NCBI GenBank assembly: GCA_031581365.1 | Contig: JAVLBI010000006.1 | Span: forward strand, 1,858-65,857 | Reading direction: 5' to 3' | DNA: 64,000 bases | Source: Spiribacter sp. | GTDB lineage: Bacteria; Pseudomonadota; Gammaproteobacteria; Nitrococcales; Nitrococcaceae | Part shown: positions 50,383 through 60,156 of the stretch, piece by piece | How the letters are laid out: each line of letters starts with the position of its first letter | Numbering within the stretch: position 1 is the stretch's first letter | Made by a program: the position numbers and the translations under genes | Notes under the pieces: generated by a model | What the model was told of the DNA's origin: nothing | What the model saw: the letters and a program-made list of their open reading frames with translations, nothing else | Database searches by the model: none

Positions 50383-51705
50383 GTGGCAGAGGTCAAAGAA
50401 ATCACCGTCCCAGACATTGGCGATTTTGATGCGGTGGACGTCATTGAAGTATTGGTCGGCCCTGGCGATCGCGTCGAGGCCGAAGACTCGCTGATTACGC
50501 TTGAGAGCGACAAGGCAACCATGGAAGTGCCCGCTCCCTTCGGCGGTGTCATCAAAGAGATATTGATCAAGCCCGGCGATAAGGTCGCAGAGGGCACAAC
50601 GGTCGCACAGGTGGAAGTGAGCGACGATGCGGCGGCTCAATTCGCTGCTGAGCCTGAACAAGCACCGGAACCAGAAAAAACGACGCCAGCTCCTGAGCCG
50701 GCTGAACCGCCTGAGCCGACTGAACCCGTCCAAGCCGCAGTACCCGCCGCCACGACAGCTGCACAAACCCCGCTGAATGCTGACACGCAACGCTTAGCGC
50801 ATGCCGGGCCATCGGTACGGCGCTTTGCGCGTGAGCTTGGAGTTGCCTTGGATCAAGTCAGCGGTAGTGGCCCTAAAGGCCGAATCACCCGCGAAGATGT
50901 GCAGGCCGTTGTCAAATCGGTAATGGACTCGGGCGGTGTTGCGCCCGCCGCAGCAGCAACCGGCAGTGCCGGCATCCCAGCGATTCCTGAGGTGGATTTC
51001 AGCAAGTTTGGGCCGGTGGAAGAAATCGACTTACCGCGCATTAAACGCCTATCTGGCCCGCATCTTCATCGCAGCTGGTTAAACATCCCGCATGTCACTC
51101 AGTTTGATGAAGCTGATATCACTGAACTTGAGGCCTTTCGCAAGGAGCAAAAAACCGCGGCAGAAAATGCCGGCGTTAAGCTCACACCCCTTGCGTTTAT
51201 GGTGAAAGCCGCTGCCGCAGCGCTAACTGAATTTCCTGATTTCAATAGCTCGCTACGTCGTGATGAGGCGGCTCTGATTCGCAAGCACTACATCAACATT
51301 GGCGTTGCTGTCGACACCCCCCAAGGCTTAGTCGTACCGGTCATCAAAAATGCCGACCAAAAGGGCCTATATGCGATCGCCGCTGACTTAAGCGAACTCT
51401 CAACGAAGGCTCGTGATGGCAAACTGGGGCCTAGCGAAATGCAAGGCGGAACGTTTAGTATTTCAAGCCTTGGCGGCATTGGTGGTACGGCATTCACGCC
51501 CATTATCAATGCGCCTGAAGTCGCCATATTGGGCATTTCAAAATCATCAATGAAACCCATTTGGAATGGGAGTGAGTTTGCACCGCGGCTTATGCTGCCG
51601 CTGAGCCTGTCTTACGACCACCGGGTGATTGATGGCGCCGCAGCCGCTCGCTTTAGCGCCTACTTAACCGGCGTATTGAGTGATTTGCGCCGCCTTATCC
51701 TCTAA
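50383..51705 (+). CDS. aceF: Dihydrolipoamide acetyltransferase (E2p) with a single lipoyl domain
   Basis: VPDIGDFD...[36 protein letters not shown]; GTG 50383 after GGAGGA. Confidence 0.96.
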   Translation: MAEVKEITVPDIGDFDAVDVIEVLVGPGDRVEAEDSLITLESDKATMEVPAPFGGVIKEILIKPGDKVAEGTTVAQVEVSDDAAAQFAAEPEQAPEPEKTTPAPEPAEPPEPTEPVQAAVPAATTAAQTPLNADTQRLAHAGPSVRRFARELGVALDQVSGSGPKGRITREDVQAVVKSVMDSGGVAPAAAATGSAGIPAIPEVDFSKFGPVEEIDLPRIKRLSGPHLHRSWLNIPHVTQFDEADITELEAFRKEQKTAAENAGVKLTPLAFMVKAAAAALTEFPDFNSSLRRDEAALIRKHYINIGVAVDTPQGLVVPVIKNADQKGLYAIAADLSELSTKARDGKLGPSEMQGGTFSISSLGGIGGTAFTPIINAPEVAILGISKSSMKPIWNGSEFAPRLMLPLSLSYDHRVIDGAAAARFSAYLTGVLSDLRRLIL

Positions 51706-51725
51706 CGCTCAAAGGATCGCGATTC

Positions 51726-53489
51726 ATGTCACAAGCCAAAGAAGTCCGCGTCCCCGACATTGGTGACTTTGATGCGGTGGAAATCATTGAAGTGCTCGTG
51801 GCCCCCGGCGACTCAATTGAAGCCGAGGCATCGCTGATTACGCTTGAGAGCGATAAGGCGACCATGGAAGTGCCTGCGCCGTTTAATGGCATCATTGAGA
51901 CACTCAAGGTGAACGTCGGCGATAAGGTTGCCGAAGGCGATATTATTGCCACCGCCGTGCCCGAAGAGGCTAGCGATACCACAGAAACGCACGCGAGCGA
52001 CCAAAGCAGCGCACCCACAGAACCCTCTGCTGCTAGCGAAAAAGCACCCACGGCCTCAGCAGAATCAGCACCCGCCGATGCCGACTGCGATGTGGTGGTT
52101 ATCGGGGCTGGTCCCGGAGGTTATAGCGCGGCTTTTCGTGCCGCTGACCTAGGCTTAAAAACGATCCTCATCGAGCGCTTCCCTAATTTGGGCGGCGTTT
52201 GCTTGAATGTCGGCTGCATCCCTTCTAAAGCGCTTTTGCATGCAGCAAAGGTCATCGATGAGGCGGAATCTTTTGCGGATCACGGCATCAAATTTGGTAA
52301 GCCAAAAATTGATCTAAAAAAGCTTGAGGCATGGAAATCTAGCGTTGTGGGCAAGCTCACCGGCGGCCTAGTCGGTCTTGCCAAGCAGCGTGACGTTGAG
52401 GTCATTACCGGCCCCGCTCAGTTTGTTGATGACTATCACCTTAAAGTCACAACCAAGGATGGTGAGCGCAGCATTACCTTTGCTAATGCCATTATCGCGG
52501 CGGGCTCACGTCCGGTCGCCCCCCCTGGGTTCGACCTTGACCACCCCCGGATCATGGATTCCACCGACGCCCTTGAGCTTGAGGAAATCCCCAAACGCCT
52601 GTTAGTGGTCGGTGGCGGTATTATTGGTCTAGAGATGGCATCGGTCTATCACGCCCTAGGCAGCGAGATTAGCGTGGTTGAACTTGCTGATCGCGTGATG
52701 GCCGGTGCCGATCCGGATATCGTTAAGCCGTATAAGAAATTGATCGATAAGCGCTATGCCAATGTCTTTCTCAACACCAAAGTGGCCGCAGTAAAACCCG
52801 ATGACAAAGGCGTAACGGTTGCGCTGGAAGGCGATAAAGCACCGGCTGAAGATCGCTTTGATCGGGTTTTAGTCTCGGTGGGCCGACGGCCTAATACCGA
52901 TTTACTTAACCTTGAGGCCACGGGAGTCAGCATGCTCGATAACGGCTGTATACAAGCCGATGCGCAAATGCGGACCCACATCCCACATATTTTTGCAATT
53001 GGCGACTTAATCGGCCAGCCGATGCTCGCGCACAAAGCGGTTCATGAGGGCAAAGTCGCCGCGGAGGTCGCTGCCGGCGAAAAGAGTGCGTTTGATGCCC
53101 GCGTTATTCCCTCCGTTGCCTATACCGACCCTGAAGTGGCGTGGGTTGGGGTAACCCAAGAGCAGGCCAAGGCTGACGGCCTAGATGTTGAGATTGCGAG
53201 CTTCCCTTGGGCCGCTAATGGCCGCTCGTTGGCGATAGGCCGTGATGAGGGCATTACCAAGCTCATCTTTGATCGTGACACCGAGCAAGTGGTTGGCGCC
53301 GGCATTATCGGACCAAACGCCGGTGATTTGATCGCCGAAGTCGGCCTTGCCATTGAGATGGGCGCCGACATGCACGATATTGGCTTAACAATCCACCCGC
53401 ACCCGACGCTCTCGGAGACGGTGGGAATGGCAGCCGAAGCGGCGGCTGGCACACTAACGGATCTCTACATTCCAAAGAAAAAACGCTGA
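51726..53489 (+). CDS. lpdA: Dihydrolipoamide dehydrogenase with an N-terminal lipoyl domain
   Basis: Lipoyl domain ([11 protein letters not shown]), linker, [30 protein letters not shown]. Confidence 0.96.
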   Translation: MSQAKEVRVPDIGDFDAVEIIEVLVAPGDSIEAEASLITLESDKATMEVPAPFNGIIETLKVNVGDKVAEGDIIATAVPEEASDTTETHASDQSSAPTEPSAASEKAPTASAESAPADADCDVVVIGAGPGGYSAAFRAADLGLKTILIERFPNLGGVCLNVGCIPSKALLHAAKVIDEAESFADHGIKFGKPKIDLKKLEAWKSSVVGKLTGGLVGLAKQRDVEVITGPAQFVDDYHLKVTTKDGERSITFANAIIAAGSRPVAPPGFDLDHPRIMDSTDALELEEIPKRLLVVGGGIIGLEMASVYHALGSEISVVELADRVMAGADPDIVKPYKKLIDKRYANVFLNTKVAAVKPDDKGVTVALEGDKAPAEDRFDRVLVSVGRRPNTDLLNLEATGVSMLDNGCIQADAQMRTHIPHIFAIGDLIGQPMLAHKAVHEGKVAAEVAAGEKSAFDARVIPSVAYTDPEVAWVGVTQEQAKADGLDVEIASFPWAANGRSLAIGRDEGITKLIFDRDTEQVVGAGIIGPNAGDLIAEVGLAIEMGADMHDIGLTIHPHPTLSETVGMAAEAAAGTLTDLYIPKKKR

Positions 53490-53495
53490 GGTGAC

Positions 53496-54512
53496 ATGAG
53501 CAGAACCGCGACCGTTGTTGCCACAGGGCGCTGCCTTCCAGAGCGCCTTGTCAGTAACGACGAGCTGCGTGAGCGTTTTGCTCGCCACGAGCGCCCTGAG
53601 CTCATTGACCGCTTTGAGGAAAACTCGGGCATTAAACAGCGCTACTGGGCCGCCCCTGGCACCACCACATCCGACTTGGCGGCCACCGCTGCCAAGCAAG
53701 CGCTTGAACGCGCGAACTGCCAAGCGAGCGACCTTGATTTAATTATTCTTGGCACCGATACGCCCGATCAAATCACGCCCGCTACAAGCGTGATCTTACA
53801 AGAAAAATTGGGTGCCAAGGCCGCGGGCACCTTCGATGTCAGCTGCGCCTGCGCCTCTTTCCCAACCGCGCTTGCCAGTGCCGCCGGCCTCATCCAAACC
53901 AACCCCACGCTCAATCGCGTATTAGTCGTCGGGGCGTATTTAATGCATCGTCTGGCGGATGCTAATGATCCGATGCTGTTTTTTTATGGTGATGGCGCTG
54001 GGGCTGCCATTGTCGAGGCAAAAACCAACGCCCCCGGCCTATGCGCAAGCGCCTTTCTAGCGAATGGCGCTTATGCCAATTATTGGGGGATTACCGCGGG
54101 AGGCGCGCGTGAGCCCGCGAGTCATGCAGCGGTAACGGCCGGCCGCACCCAAGTCCACCTTGAAAAGCGTTATCCACCAGAACTCAACGAATTGGAATGG
54201 CCAAAACTCATGCATCGCTTAGCAAAGCAAGGCGAGTTCGAAATGGCTGATATTGATTTGGCCATATTCACCCAAGTCAACGCACAGAGTATTCAGCAAG
54301 TATGTGAGTCATTAGCGATCCCGAGCGAACGGGCGCCTAAGCTCATGGATCGCTACGGCTACACTGGCTCGGCTTGCGTCCCAATCGCGCTGGATCATGC
54401 CATCACAAGCGCTCAGGTGAGCGGCGGCGAGTTAGTCACACTGATTGGCTCTGGCGTAGGCTATAACATGGCAGGTGTAGCGTTTCGTCTGCCTGAGGAG
54501 ATGCCCGCATGA
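53496..54512 (+). CDS. KAS III (FabH)-fold protein with a non-canonical active site
   Basis: ATGRCLPERLVSN, GIKQRY, TDTPDQITPATS, FDVSCACASF, YGDGAGAA; FTQVN and YGYTGSA at the HQAN and GNTS positions. Confidence 0.85.
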   Translation: MSRTATVVATGRCLPERLVSNDELRERFARHERPELIDRFEENSGIKQRYWAAPGTTTSDLAATAAKQALERANCQASDLDLIILGTDTPDQITPATSVILQEKLGAKAAGTFDVSCACASFPTALASAAGLIQTNPTLNRVLVVGAYLMHRLADANDPMLFFYGDGAGAAIVEAKTNAPGLCASAFLANGAYANYWGITAGGAREPASHAAVTAGRTQVHLEKRYPPELNELEWPKLMHRLAKQGEFEMADIDLAIFTQVNAQSIQQVCESLAIPSERAPKLMDRYGYTGSACVPIALDHAITSAQVSGGELVTLIGSGVGYNMAGVAFRLPEEMPA

Positions 54513-57500
54513 GACAGGCCGACCCCCGTCGCAGTCAGCATTTAAATGCCTTGCTAGAGCGCGCGCAGGAACGCTGGCCAGCTGCTGAGGCGCCGCTTAT
54601 TAAGGATTTTTTATCTCATTACTATGCTGCGGTTGCGACCGAGGATTTTGCGAGCGCAGAGATTGCGAACCTCTACGGCGCAGCACTCTCACATTGCTCT
54701 CTCGGCGAACGCCGCGGGCCAGGCAAAACGGCCGTTAACGTTTACAACCCAGACCCAGAGCAAAACGGCTGGGAGTCAACCCACAGCGTAGTGCAAATTG
54801 TTACTGACGATCGACCGTTTTTAGTCGACTCACTGTCGATGGCCATTAACGAGCTTGGGGTTATGATCCATCTCATCATCCACCCGGTGCTGGAGGTCGC
54901 ACGCAATAAGCGCCACAAGATAACCGACGTTGGCGATCAGACAGCAGCGCATGGCGAGCCAGAGGCGTGGATTCATCTAGAAGTCGATCGCCAAAGCAAT
55001 GCGAAGCAACTTAAAGCGCTTAAAACACGCATTAACGCCTGTCTTAATGATGTCGAAGTCGCGGTCAATGACTGGCCGGCGATGCAAGCCCAAGCAAAAG
55101 ACGCCTTAGATGGCTTACGCCAACATCCAGCGGGCGCTAACGATGAGCATTGGCAGGAAATCGAGGCATTTTTGGAATGGCTACTTGATGATCATTTCAC
55201 CTTCCTTGGTTATCGTTGCTACGACGTACACCAGCGCAAAGGCCAAATCGAGCTGACCTCAGTTGATGAGACTGGCCTTGGTTTGCTGCGCACCGAGGGC
55301 AATGGCGCACAAGCATCTAAAAGCTTTCAGGCGCTGCCAGCAGCCTTACGCGAACAGGCACTTGATCCTGATCCACTTGTGCTCACTAAATCGAGCCATC
55401 GCTCAACGGTCCATCGCCGCGGCTATATGGATAGCGTTGGGATTAAGCGCTTTAACAAGAAAGGCAAAGTGATTGGCGAGCATCGCTTTTTAGGGCTGTT
55501 TACCTCCGGCGCGTATAGCCGCAACCCGCGCATTATTCCGCTGCTACGACGCAAGCTTGATGCGGTCTTAACGCGTGCCGGCTTACGCGCCAATAGCCAT
55601 GCTGGCAAAGCGCTCGCGCATATTCTCGAAACCTACCCACGCGATGAACTTTTCCAAATTGACTCGGACACGCTGCATCACAATGCCATTGGTATTTTGC
55701 AGCTCCAGGAGCGCCAACAAGTCCGCTTGTTCTTGCGCTATGACCGCTTTGGCCGTTTTGTCTCGTGTCTGGTGTACGCCCCGCGTGATCGCTACGACAC
55801 CGCGGTACGACAGCGCATGCAAGCTATTCTCACAGAGGCCTTTGATGGCGCTCACTCAGAATTTACTGTCCAGCTCTCAGAAGCGGTCTTAGCCCGCATT
55901 CATTTTATTATCCACTTTAGCGAAAACGCTGATCGGCAGGTGGATGCGGCTGAACTTGAGGCACAGCTTGCTGCCACCACCCGCTCTTGGCCTGATGATC
56001 TTGCCTATGCACTAATTGAGCATTGTGGCGAAGCACGGGGTAATCAGTTACATCACCGCTATGGCGAAGCGTTCAGCGCGGCTTACCGTGAAGACACCAC
56101 CCCACGGAATGCCGCCCAAGATATTGAGCGCTTAGAGTCACTGCCTCAGCATGCGGGCTTGGTGATTAGCCTGTATCGACCGCTTGAAGCGCCTAAGGGG
56201 AGTTTGCGCCTAAAGCTCTATCACGCCGGCGAGTCAATTAGCTTATCCGAGGTGTTGCCCGTGCTTGAGCACATGGGTGTGCGGGTGGTGGATGAACGGC
56301 CCTATGCCATTCGGCCACGACAGGATGAGCCTTGCTGGATTCATGACTTTGGCCTAGAACACGACCCCGACCTAGCGCTTGATGCCGGCCGGCTGCGGGA
56401 TGCCTTCCAACAAGCATTTGCCGCCATTTGGCGCGGCGAAACCGATGATGATGGCTTTAACCGACTGATCTTAATGGCCGGCCTTGAATGGCGTGAAATC
56501 GTTATTTTGCGCGCTTACGCCCAGTACCTTCGACAGGCAGGCACGGGCTATAGCCAGCCCTATATGGAAGACACCCTTGCCGCCAATCCAAAGATTGCGG
56601 CAGCGCTGGTCGCGCTTTTCGAACAGCGACTTCATCCTGACAAAGCGAATGAACCATCAGCGAAGCAAACGGTAAGCGAACTAGAAACTGAACTCGATGC
56701 CGTTGCAAGCCTAGATGAAGATCGCATCTTACGGCGCATACTAGCGGCTATTCTTGCCACGCTGCGTACCAACTATTACCGGGTTAATGAGGCAGGTGAA
56801 GCGCGAGATTTTGTCTCATTTAAGCTCCAACCAGATAGCATCCCCGGCGTGCCCAAACCGGTTCCCGCTTATGAAATCTTTATAAGCTCACCGCGTGTAG
56901 AGGGCGTCCACCTTCGCGGCGGAAAAGTCGCTCGTGGCGGACTCCGCTGGTCGGATCGGCGCGAGGATTATCGCACCGAAATTCTCGGGCTTATGAAAGC
57001 GCAAATGGTTAAAAATGCGCTCATCGTCCCCGTTGGAGCCAAAGGCGGTTTTGTTTGTAAACAACTCCCCCGAGATCGCAGCGAACAGCCCCAAGAGGTG
57101 CTTGCGTGTTACCGCCTCTTTATTAGCGGACTATTAGATCTCACCGACAATATTGTTGATGCCAAAGTCATGCCGCCGCCACAGGTGATTCGGCATGATG
57201 GCGATGACCCGTATCTTGTGGTCGCCGCGGATAAGGGCACAGCGACCTTTTCTGACGAAGCCAATGCGCTCGCCGAGGCGTATCACTTTTGGTTACATGA
57301 CGCTTTCGCCTCTGGCGGTTCAACGGGCTATGATCACAAAAAAATGGGGATTACCGCCCGCGGTGCGTGGGTGGCGGTTCAGCGTCATTTCCGTGAGCTT
57401 GGCCGCGATATTCAGCATGAGCCATTTACCGCTGTTGGTATTGGTGACATGTCAGGTGATGTATTTGGCAACGGCATGCTGCAGTCTCGCAGCACGCGTT

Positions 57501-59341
57501 TAGTAGCGGCTTTTGACCATCGACATATCTTTATTGACCCCAACCCCGATGCCGAGCGCAGTTATGCCGAGCGTGAGCGGTTGTTTTCATTAAACCGCTC
57601 GAGCTGGGACGATTATGATGCGGGCGTCATCTCTGAGGGCGGCGGAATATGGCCGCGCAGCGCAAAATCCATTCGCCTGTCAGCGAACGCCCAAGCCGCC
57701 CTTGGTATTAACAGCGAACGCCTAACGCCAATTGAGCTCATTAGCGCAATTTTGTGCGCACCGGTTGATCTGCTCTGGAATGGCGGGATTGGCACGTATA
57801 TTAAGGCAGCACAAGAAAGCCACGCCGATGTTGGTGATAAAGGCAACGATAACCTCCGCGTCGATGCCGAAGCGCTTCGCTGTCAGGTCATAGGCGAGGG
57901 CGGCAATCTAGGCGTCACACCACTGGGCCGCATCGCTTTTGCACTCACCGGTGGCAAAGTGAATAGTGATGCAATTGATAACTCAGGCGGCGTGGATTGC
58001 TCCGACCATGAGGTCAATATCAAAATTCTCATGAACGGCGTCGTTGATGACGGTGATTTAACGGTCAAACAGCGCAATCGTCTTTTAGCCGACATGACCG
58101 ATGCAGTCGCTGATCATGTCTTGGCCAATAATTACCGCCAAACGCAAGGCTTAAGCCTAATGGTAGAGCGTTCGGCCGGACAGATTACCGAGCAAACTCG
58201 CTACATGCGTTTACTCGAGCGCGCCGGGCGGCTTGATCGCGCGGTTGAACAACTGCCCGATGACGAAACACTCGCCGAGCGCCAACAACAGGGCCTTGGG
58301 CTTGCGCGTCCTGAACTCTCAATCGTCTTAGCCTATGCCAAGATACATAGCTTTGAGCAGCTGCTTGAATCCGATTTAGTCGACGGCGAAGAAAATCTTG
58401 CCGATTTGCTGAGCTACTTTCCGCAACCATTGCGTGAGCGATTTAGCGCACGAATCGACTGCCATCCGCTACGGCGTGAAATAATCGCCACGAATCTGGC
58501 CAATCACATTCTCAATCGCATGGGCGCGACCTTTTTAATGCGTATGACAGAGACAACCGGTGCCAGCTTGGCCGAAGTGGCTCGGGCCTATCTGGCGGCG
58601 CGCGATATCTATGCACTCCGCACACTATGGCACCAAGTGGATGCCCTCGATAATCAAATCGATGCCGCCCACCAGTATCAGCTTCTAAGTGCGCTTTGCG
58701 AGCTCCAAGAGCGCGCCACTCTATGGTTATTGCGCCGCCAAACTGGCCCAATTGCGGCGCCAGCGGATATTGCCTCGCGGCATACCGCCATAGAAACGCT
58801 TGAGCGTGCCTTGCCCACGCTATTATCAGCATCGGATCATGCCCGGCTTCAAGCAAAACAAGACAAACATCAGGCCGCCGGCGTTCCCGAGGCACTCGCA
58901 TCACACATTAGCCGATTGCCGAGTTTGTATTTGGCGTTGGATATTAGTGAAGCCGCGCAAAATAGCATGGCCAAACTCGAAGATGCTGCCCGCGTGCATT
59001 TCGGCGCCGCCGAGGTGCTGGGCTTGGGGGGGTATCGTGAGCTGCTCAACACCTTCACTCCGGCGGATGATTGGCAGGCGCGTTATCGCGATGGCCTATT
59101 AGAGGCGTTGCATGATGAACAACGTCATCTCACGCAAACTATCCTGGCCGAGACCCCTGGCGACGATCCAGACCAATGCCTTAATGCTTGGGCCGAGCAA
59201 CAGGCTGAGCGCATTGAGCCGTTTCGGCAAACCGTGGAGCAAGTCTGCGCTGCCGCCCAGCCCGACACCGCCATGCTCGGCGTTGTTATGCAGCAACTCC
59301 AACAATTGGCCACTAGCCCATCGGCTGAGTTATCCGCATGA
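54509..59341 (+). CDS. gdhB: Large NAD-specific glutamate dehydrogenase
   Basis: 1610 aa; GVHLRGGKVARGGLRWSDR, KNALIVPVGAKGGF, VVAADKGTATFSD, GYDHKKMGITARGAW, GIGDMSGDVFGNG. Confidence 0.95.
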   Translation: MRQADPRRSQHLNALLERAQERWPAAEAPLIKDFLSHYYAAVATEDFASAEIANLYGAALSHCSLGERRGPGKTAVNVYNPDPEQNGWESTHSVVQIVTDDRPFLVDSLSMAINELGVMIHLIIHPVLEVARNKRHKITDVGDQTAAHGEPEAWIHLEVDRQSNAKQLKALKTRINACLNDVEVAVNDWPAMQAQAKDALDGLRQHPAGANDEHWQEIEAFLEWLLDDHFTFLGYRCYDVHQRKGQIELTSVDETGLGLLRTEGNGAQASKSFQALPAALREQALDPDPLVLTKSSHRSTVHRRGYMDSVGIKRFNKKGKVIGEHRFLGLFTSGAYSRNPRIIPLLRRKLDAVLTRAGLRANSHAGKALAHILETYPRDELFQIDSDTLHHNAIGILQLQERQQVRLFLRYDRFGRFVSCLVYAPRDRYDTAVRQRMQAILTEAFDGAHSEFTVQLSEAVLARIHFIIHFSENADRQVDAAELEAQLAATTRSWPDDLAYALIEHCGEARGNQLHHRYGEAFSAAYREDTTPRNAAQDIERLESLPQHAGLVISLYRPLEAPKGSLRLKLYHAGESISLSEVLPVLEHMGVRVVDERPYAIRPRQDEPCWIHDFGLEHDPDLALDAGRLRDAFQQAFAAIWRGETDDDGFNRLILMAGLEWREIVILRAYAQYLRQAGTGYSQPYMEDTLAANPKIAAALVALFEQRLHPDKANEPSAKQTVSELETELDAVASLDEDRILRRILAAILATLRTNYYRVNEAGEARDFVSFKLQPDSIPGVPKPVPAYEIFISSPRVEGVHLRGGKVARGGLRWSDRREDYRTEILGLMKAQMVKNALIVPVGAKGGFVCKQLPRDRSEQPQEVLACYRLFISGLLDLTDNIVDAKVMPPPQVIRHDGDDPYLVVAADKGTATFSDEANALAEAYHFWLHDAFASGGSTGYDHKKMGITARGAWVAVQRHFRELGRDIQHEPFTAVGIGDMSGDVFGNGMLQSRSTRLVAAFDHRHIFIDPNPDAERSYAERERLFSLNRSSWDDYDAGVISEGGGIWPRSAKSIRLSANAQAALGINSERLTPIELISAILCAPVDLLWNGGIGTYIKAAQESHADVGDKGNDNLRVDAEALRCQVIGEGGNLGVTPLGRIAFALTGGKVNSDAIDNSGGVDCSDHEVNIKILMNGVVDDGDLTVKQRNRLLADMTDAVADHVLANNYRQTQGLSLMVERSAGQITEQTRYMRLLERAGRLDRAVEQLPDDETLAERQQQGLGLARPELSIVLAYAKIHSFEQLLESDLVDGEENLADLLSYFPQPLRERFSARIDCHPLRREIIATNLANHILNRMGATFLMRMTETTGASLAEVARAYLAARDIYALRTLWHQVDALDNQIDAAHQYQLLSALCELQERATLWLLRRQTGPIAAPADIASRHTAIETLERALPTLLSASDHARLQAKQDKHQAAGVPEALASHISRLPSLYLALDISEAAQNSMAKLEDAARVHFGAAEVLGLGGYRELLNTFTPADDWQARYRDGLLEALHDEQRHLTQTILAETPGDDPDQCLNAWAEQQAERIEPFRQTVEQVCAAAQPDTAMLGVVMQQLQQLATSPSAELSA

Positions 59342-60138
59342 GTGAAACCGTCCCTCTCGCTCATCAAATCAGTGGCGATGACGCTGCGCCGGCATTGGTG
59401 TTTTTGCACGGGCTATATGGTGCCGGCAATAATTGGCGTGGTATTACGCCCGCATTTATAACCGCCTACCAAGTAATCTTGCCAGATTTACGCAGCCACG
59501 GCCGCTCGCCGCATCACCCGCGGATGGACTACCGTGATATGGCTGCTGATGTTGTGGCGCTATTGCAAGCCAAGGGGATTACCAAGGCCCATGTAGTCGG
59601 ACATAGCATGGGCGGTAAAGTAGCAATGGCAATGGCTTTAACCGCTCCTGATCGAGTGGCTAAACTTGCAGTGGTGGACATCGCACCAATCGCCTATGAC
59701 CACGCGCATGAGCATGGCGGTATTATTCAAGCGATGGAGACCATGGACTTAGCCTCGTTGCGAGATCGTCGTGATGCCGATGCCGCGCTTGCCAAAGACA
59801 TTGCTGAGCCAGTGGTGCGGCAATTTTTGCTCACCAACCTAGAGCACAGCAATGAAGGCTGGCAGTGGCGGTTGCCGCTTTCGATTTTGGCTGATCAACT
59901 CGGCGTTCTAGAGGGCTGGCCAACGATGACGGCCGCCGCCTGGCAGGGAAACGCCTATTTTATGTATGGCGGGGCATCAGACTATGTGGAGGATGAGGGT
60001 CGTCGGGCCATAAAAACGTTTTTCCCGACGGCTGAACTGGAATGCTTTAACGAAGCTGGGCACTGGGTACACGCCGAAGCTAGGGCAGACTTTACCCAAC
60101 GACTCAGCGAGTTTTTAGCAAAAGACAATAAAAACTGA
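59338..60138 (+). CDS. YbfF/ABHD11-type alpha/beta hydrolase (esterase/thioesterase)
   Basis: FLHGLYGAGNNW, PDLRSHGRSPH, GHSMGGKVAM nucleophile elbow, VVDIAP, RQFLLTNL, AGHWVHAE. Confidence 0.85.
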   Translation: MSETVPLAHQISGDDAAPALVFLHGLYGAGNNWRGITPAFITAYQVILPDLRSHGRSPHHPRMDYRDMAADVVALLQAKGITKAHVVGHSMGGKVAMAMALTAPDRVAKLAVVDIAPIAYDHAHEHGGIIQAMETMDLASLRDRRDADAALAKDIAEPVVRQFLLTNLEHSNEGWQWRLPLSILADQLGVLEGWPTMTAAAWQGNAYFMYGGASDYVEDEGRRAIKTFFPTAELECFNEAGHWVHAEARADFTQRLSEFLAKDNKN

Positions 60139-60156
60139 GCAAAGGAACACAGACCC

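Noticed and set aside
50692-50727. 18-nt tandem repeat (16/18 identical) in aceF, and Pro/Ala repeats in sucB
   Set aside because: Ordinary low-complexity E2 linker coding.
50098-50790. Long antisense or alternate-frame ORFs (also 9051-9554, 23782-24246, 32852-33388, 39416-39952, 43726-44247, 48782-49357)
   Set aside because: Fully overlapped by well-conserved genes, with no recognisable motifs; expected shadow ORFs at this GC content.
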